NCBI GenBank assembly: GCA_041741015.1
Contig: JBGSKX010000248.1
Location: 64,509 to 128,508 of the forward strand
Length of the DNA: 64,000 bases
Reading direction: 5' to 3'
From: Pirellulales bacterium
GTDB lineage: Bacteria > Planctomycetota > Planctomycetia > Pirellulales > PALSA-1355
The notes under the pieces are model-generated. The model saw nothing but the letters and a program-made list of their open reading frames with translations, did no database searches and was not told where the DNA came from. Numbering within the stretch: position 1 is the stretch's first letter; each line of letters opens with the position of its first letter. The translations under genes and the position numbers were made by a program. Positions 46,591 through 56,087 of this stretch are shown here, in pieces.

Positions 46591-47924
46591 AATGGTTTCT
46601 GGGCGCAAGCGTGCTGCTGGTGATCGCCCTGGTGTTCAACCTGGGGCTGCTGGCTTACGCCATGTACGCGCTGTTAGGCGTGATGCTGGTCAGCCGGTTC
46701 GTGGCCCGCACGTGGAGCGAGAACCTGCACGCGACGCGCGAATGCAACCGGCTCACCGCTTACATTGGCGAGAGCGTGGCGGTTGTGATTAAGCTCGAGA
46801 ATCGGGGTGCGCTGCCGATTGCCTGGGTGCTGGCCGAAGACCTGCTGCCCAGGCACGCGCTGATTCACGATCCCCCAAGCCTGCGACCGGTGGGCAAGCG
46901 ACTGCACCTGGCGATGCTTGGTCCACGGAGCCAGAAGACGGCTTACTATCAGCTCGAATGCAATCGCCGCGGGTACTACCAGATCGGGCCACTGGTGCTC
47001 GAAACGGGTGACGTATTCGGTCTGCACCGCCGTTATCGCGTGGCCACGGAGCCGCATTTTCTGCTCGTCTATCCGAAAGTGATTCCGCTGGACGGGTTCG
47101 ACCTGGCTTCACGCCGTCCCGTGGGCGAGGTGAAGATGAGCTACCGGCTGTTCGAAGATCCGACGCGGATGGCCGGTGTGCGGCGTTACGAGCGAGGCGA
47201 TCCCTTGAACCGGATTCACTGGCGAGCGACCGCCCGAACCGGCGAACTGCACAGCAAGATCTATGAGCCGACGACCGTGGCCGGGATCACGGTGCTGCTG
47301 GATTTTCATCAGGGTTCGTTCGCGGCCAAACACGAGCCGGTGCGTTCGGAACTGGCCATTACCGCGGCCGTCTCACTGGCGAGCGCCGTCTTTGAGATGG
47401 GACAGCAGGTGGGGCTGGTCACGAATGCGCGCGACGCCGCCGATCGAATTCGTCAAGAAGGCTGGGACTTCGACATTCGCACGCGCGACGCGGCCCTCAA
47501 GGCGGCGGCGATGACCGAAACCAGCACGCGTCTGCAGCCACTGGTGGTCGAGACGCGCCGGGGGCCGGAACAGTTCATGCGGATTCTGGAGACGCTGGCC
47601 CGAGCGGAACTCACCGATGGGCTCTCGATGGCGGGGCTGGTGTCGGAAACGGGAAGCCGGTTGCCGCGCGACGCGACAGTAGTGGCGATCGTGACCGCAG
47701 TGACCGAAGAGACGGCCGTGGCGCTAGGGAACCTGGTGCGGCGGGGGTATGCCGTGAGCGCGCTGGTGAACGTGTACGATGACCGCGAGTATTCCGAGGC
47801 GGCGGGAAAGCTGCTCGCGCAGCGGATCGATGCCCGACATCTGCGAGACGAGGCCGCGGTGAGCCACGTCTGCCAGGCGCATGTGCTGCAGAGTGCGCCG
47901 GATGCGCCGAGCAGCGTGTGGTGA
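46587..47924 (+). CDS. DUF58 domain protein
   Basis: RRYERGDPLNRIHWRATARTGELHSKIYEP signature. Two N-terminal TM helices. 4-nt overlap with the MoxR gene. Confidence 0.85.
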   Translation: MKWFLGASVLLVIALVFNLGLLAYAMYALLGVMLVSRFVARTWSENLHATRECNRLTAYIGESVAVVIKLENRGALPIAWVLAEDLLPRHALIHDPPSLRPVGKRLHLAMLGPRSQKTAYYQLECNRRGYYQIGPLVLETGDVFGLHRRYRVATEPHFLLVYPKVIPLDGFDLASRRPVGEVKMSYRLFEDPTRMAGVRRYERGDPLNRIHWRATARTGELHSKIYEPTTVAGITVLLDFHQGSFAAKHEPVRSELAITAAVSLASAVFEMGQQVGLVTNARDAADRIRQEGWDFDIRTRDAALKAAAMTETSTRLQPLVVETRRGPEQFMRILETLARAELTDGLSMAGLVSETGSRLPRDATVVAIVTAVTEETAVALGNLVRRGYAVSALVNVYDDREYSEAAGKLLAQRIDARHLRDEAAVSHVCQAHVLQSAPDAPSSVW

Positions 47925-47934
47925 ACACATACGA

Positions 47935-47964
47935 GTTCCGGGAGAAGGTATTCCTCCGGCTTTG
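47935..47964 (+). repeat. GTTCC..GGCTTTG hairpin repeat copy
   Basis: GTTCCGGGAGAAGGTATTCCTCCGGCTTTG, 11 nt after the DUF58 stop. Confidence 0.6.
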
Positions 47965-47989
47965 GGAGTCGCGAGTTCGACTTTGATTC

Positions 47990-49960
47990 ATGGCAAAACG
48001 CTTACCACAAACGCTGGCCGATTACCTGGTGATCGCTATCAGCCCGGCACTGATCATGGCGCTGGTGGGGAGCTTGATGTTCTTTCTGCTGCGCGTGTTC
48101 TATCAGGGACAATACGGCGAACGACTGCACTGGGTGATGGCCTGCTTTGTGTTCGCGGCGGTGCTGATCGCTCGGATCTCGATCGAAGAGGGCTTCGAGC
48201 GGGCTGCCCCGTTCGGCGCGGCGCTAGCGATTCTGGTGGGCATCGCGGCCAATCGCTTCATGGAATACCGGGGTGATTGGGTCGACAACTTCGGCTGGGT
48301 CATCAACTTCGGAATCATCGGACTGGTGTGGTGGTGTATCCATCAACTCACCTGGGACTGCACGGTCATTGACGAGGATCAGGATGCCTCGGGCGAGGGC
48401 CTGATGCAGGTGGTCGGACTCGAACGAGCAGCCGATTCGAACGACGAAAGCAGCGCGAACCCGGCGACCGAGGCGATTGAAGGAACCACCAGCCGCGAAG
48501 TGCCGGCCAGCTTCTGGCAGCGTTATGCGAAGCAGGAACGGCGGCCACATACGCCGGGCGTGTGGGTGGTGTATTTTTCGCTCGCAGCGCTACCGATCTT
48601 TGGTATTGGTCAGTGGTTCATTCCGGTGAGCGACGTGGCCGGCCGGCGGCATGTCTTCTGGCTGCTGGGCGTGTACGTCGCCAGCGGGTTGGCGCTGCTG
48701 GTGACGACAAGCTTTCTGGGCCTCAGACGTTATCTGCGGCAGCGGCGGATCGAGATGCCCACCTCGATGGCCAACTTGTGGCTGGCCACTGGCGGCGCGA
48801 TCATCGCCGTGCTGCTGGTCGCGGCGGCGCTCTTGCCGCGACCGAGCGCGGAGTACGCCATCTCGCAGTTACCATTCACCGTGGGTTCGCCGGAACAAGA
48901 AGCGTCCGATGCCGCACCCATCGAGCGCAACGGCACGAAGGACGACGATTCGCAAGCCACCGGCCAGGCGGATCCGAACGCGGATCCGAATCAAGAGCCA
49001 ACGGCGAGTGGAAAAGGATCGAAGTCCGGCGGCGAGGGCTCGGGCGAGAAGTCGGGCGGCGAAGGAAAGAGTTCCGACTCCAAAGCGGGCGAGTCGCAAG
49101 ACAAGTCCGGCAAGGCTTCGGCAAAAGGAAGCGAACAACAGGACGGCGGCGAATCGCAATCGAAGGGAGAAAACGCCGAACAGGCGGGCGACCAGTCGCA
49201 ATCGCAACAAAACGACAAGCAGAAGTCGGGCGATGGCAAACAGCGCGAGACGAAATCGGGCAAGAATCCGCTCGAGAATATGAAGAAGTTTCGCGAGTTG
49301 GAGCGCGAACTGGCGGCGAAGTACGAAGACAAACCCCAGGACGAGAAGAGCAAGGACGAGCAGGAGCAGGCGAACGAGGCCGAAGCGAGCGAAGCCGATT
49401 CGCCAGAGATCCCGCCGATCGAGCCGCCATTGGGATGGCTGGCCACGATCCTGCAGTATGTATTCTATGGCGTCGTCATCCTGGGGACGATCTTCGCCGT
49501 GTGGTATTACCGGCGCGAAATCATCGCCGGGATTCGCAACTTCCTTAAAGAGCTGGCCGAGTGGTGGCGGTCGCTGTGGGGGGGCAAGCAGATTGCCGCT
49601 GTCGCCGCCGAGGGACCGCTCGAGATTCGCATTCCGCCGCCAGCATTCGCGACTTTCGCCGATCCGTTTGCCAGCGGAGCCGCGGGACGAATGTCGCCCG
49701 AGGAACTGGTGCGCTACAGCTTCAGCGCGTTCGAGGCCTGGTCCGGCGAGCACGGCTGTCCGCATGAACCGGACCAGACGCCGCACGAGTTGGTACGCGA
49801 GGTGGCCAGGCTGAATGCTCACATTGCTGCGGACGCCCGAAACCTGGCTGAGCTGTATGCCCGGGCCGCGTTCGCGCGCGGGCAATTGCCGGCTAACGCG
49901 CCCGCGCAGCTCGAATCTCTCTGGCGGCAGATGACGCGATCTTTGCGCGTCAGCGTCTAA
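47990..49960 (+). CDS. membrane protein with a low-complexity linker and a C-terminal DUF4129-like domain
   Basis: About 6 TM helices, a 175-aa or so K/S/G/E/Q/D-rich segment, one more TM helix, then a C-terminal block (TPHELVREVARLNAHIAADARNLAELYARAAF) resembling DUF4129. Confidence 0.65.
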   Translation: MAKRLPQTLADYLVIAISPALIMALVGSLMFFLLRVFYQGQYGERLHWVMACFVFAAVLIARISIEEGFERAAPFGAALAILVGIAANRFMEYRGDWVDNFGWVINFGIIGLVWWCIHQLTWDCTVIDEDQDASGEGLMQVVGLERAADSNDESSANPATEAIEGTTSREVPASFWQRYAKQERRPHTPGVWVVYFSLAALPIFGIGQWFIPVSDVAGRRHVFWLLGVYVASGLALLVTTSFLGLRRYLRQRRIEMPTSMANLWLATGGAIIAVLLVAAALLPRPSAEYAISQLPFTVGSPEQEASDAAPIERNGTKDDDSQATGQADPNADPNQEPTASGKGSKSGGEGSGEKSGGEGKSSDSKAGESQDKSGKASAKGSEQQDGGESQSKGENAEQAGDQSQSQQNDKQKSGDGKQRETKSGKNPLENMKKFRELERELAAKYEDKPQDEKSKDEQEQANEAEASEADSPEIPPIEPPLGWLATILQYVFYGVVILGTIFAVWYYRREIIAGIRNFLKELAEWWRSLWGGKQIAAVAAEGPLEIRIPPPAFATFADPFASGAAGRMSPEELVRYSFSAFEAWSGEHGCPHEPDQTPHELVREVARLNAHIAADARNLAELYARAAFARGQLPANAPAQLESLWRQMTRSLRVSV

Positions 49961-50116
49961 AGCTGGCCGTCGTTCGGAGGCCATCTCCGGGCGATTTGTT
50001 GACAAGCGGATCATCCGCTCGCGAGAATGGAGCCTGTTCGCCGGAGGGGAGAGCATGCGCGGCCGCCAGCCCCAGAGAGCGGGTCGGATCGCGAGTTTGG
50101 TAGAGAGGCCTTTTCG

Positions 50117-51478
50117 ATGCATCGTCGCCTGCCACCACTGCTGGCCACTGCGCTCACAATCGCGAGCGTGGTCTGCGGGGCGTGGGGCGCGCGTGCTCAG
50201 CACCTGCACGAGCGATTCGACGAGATGCGTCCCGCACTCGCGCGGCAATTGCGAAGTCAGCGGACCGATGAACGGTTGAGCGCGCTTAAGTCCCTGCAAC
50301 ACTTCCCCACGGCGGGGGCGGCCGCCCTGGTGCACGGCTGCTTCGACGATGAAAACGAAGCCGTTCGCCGCGCGGCCTTCGCGACGCTGCACGAGATGAA
50401 CAATGTGCAGGAAGTGTGTGACGAATTGATCGCGCTAGCCGAAGCGAGCCTCAAGTCGCGCGAAGACGCGAACATGGCGCAGCCGGCCTTGGCCGCCCTG
50501 CTCTCTTCCGAGTTGCCACTGGCCCGCTGCCGGGCGCAAATGCTGCTCGATCGGAAAGTAGCCAGTCACCCGCGGGGAACGGAAATCGTGGTTGGCCTGG
50601 CCGACAACCTCGGCGCGCACGGCGAAGCGATCGACATCCTGCCACTGGCGCGATTGGCGAATAGCCGGCTGTTTGCCGAACAGTTTGGCGTCCGTCGCGC
50701 AGTTGCTCAGGCGCTTACGAAAACTCCACTCGCCGAATCGACGCCGGTCATCGTGGGGATGCTCGACAAACTGGGGGGCGAAGCCAAGGCCGACGCCGCT
50801 GCGTATCTCACGCGGATGACCGGTCAACGATTCGGAATGGACTCCGAGCGCTGGCAAGGCTGGCTGGCAGCGACCAGCGGCACGCCGCTGCCCAAAGGCG
50901 AAACGCCGGCCCGGCTAACCGCGACGGTGCAGCGTGCCGAGGAAGTCGCCAGCGAGGGCGGGCACTACTACGGCATGCCGATCTACGCCAACAAGCTGCT
51001 GTTCGTGCTCGACACTTCGGGGAGTATGCAGGGATCTCGTTTCACCGCTGCCAAGCGCGAACTCGTGCAGGCTATTGCCGGACTGCGGTCGGACGTGAAG
51101 TTCAACATTATCGCGTTCAACGCGAACGTGAGCCGTTGGCAGCGGCACCTGGTGAACGCGGATGTGACGCACAAAAAACTGGCCGAGGTATTTGTCGAGG
51201 GTTTGTATCCTCAGGCGAGCACTGCGACGTTTGACGCCCTGGCCGCGGCACTGGAGTACGATGTCGAGGCGATTTATTTCCTGACCGATGGCGCGCCCAC
51301 CGGTGGACAGATTGTGGCCCCGCCGGCCATTGTGCAATCGGTTTCCGGCACGAATCGACTGCGGCGGATCAGTATCTATACGATCGGGCTGGCACCGGGA
51401 GAGCCGGGAAGTTTAACCGATTCATTCCTGCAGGCGCTCGCTGCTCAGAATCTCGGCACGTATCGCCGCGTCGATTGA
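50117..51478 (+). CDS. secreted HEAT-repeat plus von Willebrand factor A domain protein
   Basis: Signal peptide from ATG 50117. MIDAS motif LLFVLDTSGSMQG. VWA fold-like C-terminal half. Confidence 0.8.
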   Translation: MHRRLPPLLATALTIASVVCGAWGARAQHLHERFDEMRPALARQLRSQRTDERLSALKSLQHFPTAGAAALVHGCFDDENEAVRRAAFATLHEMNNVQEVCDELIALAEASLKSREDANMAQPALAALLSSELPLARCRAQMLLDRKVASHPRGTEIVVGLADNLGAHGEAIDILPLARLANSRLFAEQFGVRRAVAQALTKTPLAESTPVIVGMLDKLGGEAKADAAAYLTRMTGQRFGMDSERWQGWLAATSGTPLPKGETPARLTATVQRAEEVASEGGHYYGMPIYANKLLFVLDTSGSMQGSRFTAAKRELVQAIAGLRSDVKFNIIAFNANVSRWQRHLVNADVTHKKLAEVFVEGLYPQASTATFDALAAALEYDVEAIYFLTDGAPTGGQIVAPPAIVQSVSGTNRLRRISIYTIGLAPGEPGSLTDSFLQALAAQNLGTYRRVD

Positions 51479-51489
51479 GACAAGCCGGC

Positions 51490-51513
51490 GGCGGTTCGAA
51501 AACTCGAACCGCC
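51490..51513. terminator. candidate bidirectional hairpin between convergent genes
   Basis: Perfect 10-bp stem GGCGGTTCGA/TCGAACCGCC with loop AAAC, 12 nt after the VWA stop. Confidence 0.4.
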
Positions 51514-51602
51514 TCACTCGCAAACGAATGAATTCGGTCACGAGCGAGGCGGCAAGTTCGAGCGCGCCGTTGTTTTTCACGCACGCATAAAGCGCGAGTG
51601 CG

Positions 51603-51782
51603 CTACACCATCTTGCGTGTTCCGATGATGGCCATGATCAGCAACACCACGAACACCACCAGGAAGATGCCGAATAGAATCTTGGCAATTGACGCGGCGC
51701 CGGCGGCGATCCCGCCAAAACCGAGTGCACCAGCCACGATCGCCACGACTAGGGCCACGAGAGCCCAATAGAGCAGGTTCAT
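51603..51782 (-). CDS. DUF1328 (UPF0391) small membrane protein
   Basis: [37 protein letters not shown]... is the characteristic DUF1328 sequence; 59 aa. Confidence 0.8.
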   Translation of the reverse strand: MNLLYWALVALVVAIVAGALGFGGIAAGAASIAKILFGIFLVVFVVLLIMAIIGTRKMV

Positions 51783-52027
51783 GATCAATCCCCTTATACG
51801 CAGTCGTTGGTGGGTCCATTCGCCGTACCACCCCTGACGCAACGACCGTGCCGAACTGTAAAATTGGCCGTTGCGACCGGCAAAACGTCCGTATCGTGCA
51901 CCCTTTGGGCCGGGAACTGGCGCGCTGGACGCCAATCAGCCATCGCCCAGACGGGATGGCCCAGCCTACAATGCCCGGCTTGCATTGGTCGCAAGAGGAA
52001 GCTCGCCGGAGAAGTCGATTAAGAAAT

Positions 52028-52804
52028 ATGAAACCCGAAGATGGCTTAGCACTGATCCGCGAAACGATTGCCCCCGTGCGCACGGAGTTGCTTGAGCATC
52101 CCGTTTACCGGCAGATCACGAACCTGGACGCGCTGCGCGTGTTCATGCAGCACCACGTGTTCGCGGTCTGGGATTTCATGTCGCTGCTCAAATCGCTGCA
52201 GAAGTCACTGACAACGGTCCGCGTGCCGTGGTTGCCGCCGGCCGATCGGCTGGCCTGCCGGCTGGTGAACGAGATCGTTCTCGGCGAGGAATGCGACTCC
52301 GACGGTCGCGGCGGCTTTGCCAGCCATTTTGAGCTCTACCTGCGGGCGATGCGCGAGTGCGACGCGCCAACGGTCTGGATCGACGGCTTCGTCGATCGAC
52401 TGGCCGGGGCCAGCGATGTCGACTCAGCCCTCATTGGCTGCGAAGCGCCGCCGACGGTCACCGCCTTTGTCAGGCACACGTTTGAGATCATCAACCGCGA
52501 CAGTCTGCCGGTCCTGGCCGCCGTGTTCACGTTTGGGCGCGAGGACCTGCTGCCGGATGTGTTCGCCCGAATTGTGCACGAGCTGAACGAGATCTCCGGT
52601 GGCAATCTGGCGGAGTTTATCTACTACCTGGAGCGTCACATCGAACTCGATGGCGGCGAGCACGGCCCACTTGCGCACAAGCTGGTGGCCAATCTGTGCG
52701 GCGACGACGTCAAGAGTTGGCAGGCCGCAGCCGAAGCCGCGCGGGCGACGCTCATCGCTCGCAGAAATCTTTGGGACGGCATCAGCCGCGCGATCACGAC
52801 GTGA
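52028..52804 (+). CDS. DUF3050 (heme-oxygenase-like fold) protein
   Basis: LEHPVYRQITNLDALRVFMQHHVFAVWDFMSLLKSLQ block typical of DUF3050. ATG 52028 gives the usual 258 aa or so. Confidence 0.75.
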   Translation: MKPEDGLALIRETIAPVRTELLEHPVYRQITNLDALRVFMQHHVFAVWDFMSLLKSLQKSLTTVRVPWLPPADRLACRLVNEIVLGEECDSDGRGGFASHFELYLRAMRECDAPTVWIDGFVDRLAGASDVDSALIGCEAPPTVTAFVRHTFEIINRDSLPVLAAVFTFGREDLLPDVFARIVHELNEISGGNLAEFIYYLERHIELDGGEHGPLAHKLVANLCGDDVKSWQAAAEAARATLIARRNLWDGISRAITT

Positions 52805-54140
52805 TCGTGTCGGTGGTGGCGCGAAGCGTCTCGGCGGAAGCGGGCTCGGCCGATTCCTTGCGGGCCACGATGGGCTCGGACTCGAGCCGCTCGATCCGCG
52901 CGGGTCGCAAGAGGAACGAGAGTCCGATCGCCACGAGACCGAACGACATGGCGACGTATCCCGCCACGTTGTAGTGCGTGAGCGGTCCGCCGCGGTAGGC
53001 TTCGCCCACGATCGCGCCGGAGATCAGCGGGCCGGTTCCGGTCGCCAGGTGCGAGACGGCCGTGGTCAGGTTTGTGAACGCACCGCGCAGCTCGGGATCG
53101 GCCGAGGCGAGCATCATGGCCTGTGCGGGCACAACCCGGCCGCTGGCCAGGACCATGAATCCTCCCATGGCGGCGGCCGCCCCCCACAGCCCGACGTCCG
53201 GCAGGTTGGTCAGCACATAGGTCATGACGACGGCCCCGCAGGCGGTGAACAAGAACACGGGGCGCGGCCCGAAGCGATCGGTCAACAGGCCGAATAGATT
53301 CATCGTGATCAGGGCGGCAAAGCCTGCGATGGCGTAAATGATGGGCAAGTCGCTCGCCGTGCGGCCGCAGTTCGACTGCAAGTAAGGCGCGATGTAAGGT
53401 GCGATGATGAACGTGCCCAGCACCATCGCGAGCATGAACGCGAACGAGATCAGGTGGTTTGGCTGGCGCACGACCGCGGCGAACTGCGCGATGGGATTGG
53501 CTCGCACGGCGGTGCGATGCCCCGTCAACGATGGCAATCGCCAGAGCGTAATCAACCAGACCGGTACTGCCAGCGCTGCGATCGCCAGAAAGGTCGCGGC
53601 GAAGTCGTCGAAGATGTCCGCGATCGTCAGCCCCGCTGGCAGACCGATCGTCGAAGCAAGTGCAAAGGTTGACGTGACCGCGCCAATCGCCTTGCCGCGT
53701 TGTTCGGGTCGGAACACGTCCGCGATGATTGCCATGATGCTGGCCGCGGTCACGCCGCCGAACAATCCGGCGAGCGCCCGGGCCACTACCAGGCTGAGAT
53801 AGCTATTGGCCAGACCACAATAGAGCGTGGCAACGATGAAGCCGGCAAAGGCGATGAGCAACACGCGTTTGCGGTCGAAGCGGTCGACCACGGCCGAGGC
53901 GGCAATGCCGGCGAACATGGCGGCGATGCCATAGGCCGATACGACGAAGCCGAACTGCTGGGGATTGATCGCGAGCTGCCGGCGGAGCTGATCGCCCAGC
54001 GGCATGATGATCACGAAGTCGAGAATGTGCGTGAAGTTGATGGCCGCGAGGATTGCGACCAGAGACCACTCGGCCGCGCCGAAGCGGCGACTGGCGGACG
54101 GCCCAGGGGCGGGATCAGATTCAATCTCTGTAGGAGGCAT
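52794..54140 (-). CDS. MFS transporter
   Basis: 12 predicted TM segments. MFS loop motif VVDRFDRKRVLL between TM2 and TM3. Confidence 0.8.
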   Translation of the reverse strand: MPPTEIESDPAPGPSASRRFGAAEWSLVAILAAINFTHILDFVIIMPLGDQLRRQLAINPQQFGFVVSAYGIAAMFAGIAASAVVDRFDRKRVLLIAFAGFIVATLYCGLANSYLSLVVARALAGLFGGVTAASIMAIIADVFRPEQRGKAIGAVTSTFALASTIGLPAGLTIADIFDDFAATFLAIAALAVPVWLITLWRLPSLTGHRTAVRANPIAQFAAVVRQPNHLISFAFMLAMVLGTFIIAPYIAPYLQSNCGRTASDLPIIYAIAGFAALITMNLFGLLTDRFGPRPVFLFTACGAVVMTYVLTNLPDVGLWGAAAAMGGFMVLASGRVVPAQAMMLASADPELRGAFTNLTTAVSHLATGTGPLISGAIVGEAYRGGPLTHYNVAGYVAMSFGLVAIGLSFLLRPARIERLESEPIVARKESAEPASAETLRATTDTITS

Positions 54141-54450
54141 CGTGCCCTTTACGTGGCGGAGTTCAGAACACCATCAACGCTGACAATCCACGTGGCGGTC
54201 AAGTTCGGTCGCCTTCCGCAGCGAAGAATAATACCGGTGCATTCTAGGCACCTCGCTCTCGACAGACAGGGCGCTTTGCACGAGCCAGCAAGCGGTTAAC
54301 GAAATCGAAACAAGAACGGGACAAGAATAGCCTTGTCGGAGGCAAGCAGCGGTGGCGAATGACCGTTTGGGCACGCGATTGTAATCAAGTTTCCCAGACT
54401 TTAGACTAGACCGGGCCGCTTGCCCCCATCCGAAGAAAGAGAACCACTCC

Positions 54451-55212
54451 GTGAAGCTGGTGCTCGTCACGTTGCTGCTATTGCTCGTACCCGGGAAGAC
54501 CTTCGCGGTCGGGCTGGTGGTCGTCTCCGAGTTCAGCACGCTCAAAATCTCGTTTCAAGAGTGGGGCGGCCCGGGCAGAACGGTCAGTTCCCCGCAATTT
54601 CTTGGGAGCGATACAACGCACCTTGGGGGGACGATCTTCGCGAACATCACGAGCGGCTCGCTCAACTCCATAGAGCTACTTCCCTCGACGCTCAGTATTC
54701 TGAACGAACTTGCACCAATGCAACCGCTGCCCGGCGGCGCGCCCGGGCAGGCGATAGCGCAATTTGGCTGGAACATCGATTACGGCGTGCCGTTCAACGG
54801 CGCTGTAGCGGCGCGCAATCTCGAACTGGGGATCTCTGGCGGTCCGCTGGTTAGCGCTACCAATTCATTCTCCACCAACTCGATTCAATTCGACCTGTTC
54901 GGCGGAGAGTTCGACTACGATCTGCTTAGCTACGGTTCGCCGCTCGTAGGCCAATTGCCCGTTCTCGAGACCGGTTTCAACAGCAGTGGTGATGCCACGC
55001 TGCAATCTTCCTTCGGCGGCTTCTACACACTCACGATTCCGATCAACTTCACGTTTCTAGTCGATGGTGTGCCGCTGATCGCCGTCGTTACCGGTGAAAT
55101 CGTCGCAGCTGACATCCCCGAACCGAGTACCTGGGTGCTGGGGGCATTCGGTCTCTTAGCGCTGGTGGCAGGCGGCTATCGCGAAGTCGCCAGGCGCAGC
55201 ACCGCGGGGTAA
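54451..55212 (+). CDS. PEP-CTERM sorting-domain protein
   Basis: Signal peptide MKLVLVTLLLLLVPGKTFA. C-terminal IPEPSTWVLGAFGLLALVAGGYREVARR (PEP motif, TM helix, basic tail). Confidence 0.85.
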   Translation: MKLVLVTLLLLLVPGKTFAVGLVVVSEFSTLKISFQEWGGPGRTVSSPQFLGSDTTHLGGTIFANITSGSLNSIELLPSTLSILNELAPMQPLPGGAPGQAIAQFGWNIDYGVPFNGAVAARNLELGISGGPLVSATNSFSTNSIQFDLFGGEFDYDLLSYGSPLVGQLPVLETGFNSSGDATLQSSFGGFYTLTIPINFTFLVDGVPLIAVVTGEIVAADIPEPSTWVLGAFGLLALVAGGYREVARRSTAG

Positions 55213-55217
55213 CCCGT

Positions 55218-56087
55218 TTACAGCCACGGCCGAATCCACGACCAGATGCGGTTCTTGAGCTTCACAGCCGGCGGGTTCTCGAGCGGCACGGGCTCCTCGG
55301 CCACGTGCGCATTGTTGGCCGAGAGGACGCCGACGTCCACTTCGCCGTCGGTGTAGTACCGATCGCCGCCGCCGTTGCGGCCATAGAGCGTCGGCCCCAC
55401 GCCCGTCACTTGCGAACGACTGGTGAGTTGTCCCGCGTCGGCGAGGTCGTTCATCATCCGGTCGCGCTCGGCGTCGACGTCGGGCGCGATGTGATGCGTG
55501 ATCTGACCCGTGTAATGACTGAGACCCACGCTGTGATCGAACGTGGCAGCGCCCAGCCAGACCGGCCGGCCGTCTTCCTCGTGACCCTCCCAGAGCCAGA
55601 ACCGCACGTGCTGCCGCTTCTTGGGACTATTGCCGTCGGGCTTCTCGAACGCCAGGTCCTGCTTGCGGCCGAACACGAACAGATTGCTGACCGGCGCGTG
55701 ATCGTACTGTTTGCCGCGAAGCACGGTCTCGGCAATCTTGAGCGAGCTTGAGAGCGTGATCGGATCGGCCGGATACCAGCCCGCGGAGAGAAACGCGCGG
55801 ATGACCTCTTCCTTGGATCCCACCAGCGTCACGTTCAGCGGATCGCCCGGTATGTGGTCGACGGTCTCGGTCGTGCGCGGCGCGACGGCCAACTCGGGAT
55901 GGTGTTCGTAGTGCTTCCAAAGCGTGGGCAGCAGCAGGTAAGCGATGAACAGCCACAGCACGATTGACCAGATAATGAGGTGAATCATGCGGCGAAGCTT
56001 ACCATATCGGCGAATCGACGGCGCGGGCGCAGAAGCCGGCGGCTGCGTGCCATCAGTGCTCTTCTCAGGCTTGGGGTCGGCGGGCAT
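55218..56087 (-). CDS. single-pass membrane protein with an LssY_C domain
   Basis: N-terminal TM helix IHLIIWSIVLWLFIAYLLLPTLW. LNVTLVGSKEEVIRAFLSAGWYPADPITL, FVFGRKQDLAFEKP and KRQHVRFWLW blocks resemble LssY_C. Confidence 0.65.
   Translation of the reverse strand: MPADPKPEKSTDGTQPPASAPAPSIRRYGKLRRMIHLIIWSIVLWLFIAYLLLPTLWKHYEHHPELAVAPRTTETVDHIPGDPLNVTLVGSKEEVIRAFLSAGWYPADPITLSSSLKIAETVLRGKQYDHAPVSNLFVFGRKQDLAFEKPDGNSPKKRQHVRFWLWEGHEEDGRPVWLGAATFDHSVGLSHYTGQITHHIAPDVDAERDRMMNDLADAGQLTSRSQVTGVGPTLYGRNGGGDRYYTDGEVDVGVLSANNAHVAEEPVPLENPPAVKLKNRIWSWIRPWL

Noticed and set aside
41411-50392. Minus-strand ORFs 41411..43000, 43837..44976 and 48869..50392
   Set aside because: They are antisense to the MTHFS-like/ftr, permease and DUF4129/VWA genes. 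They are R/P/G-rich shadow ORFs.
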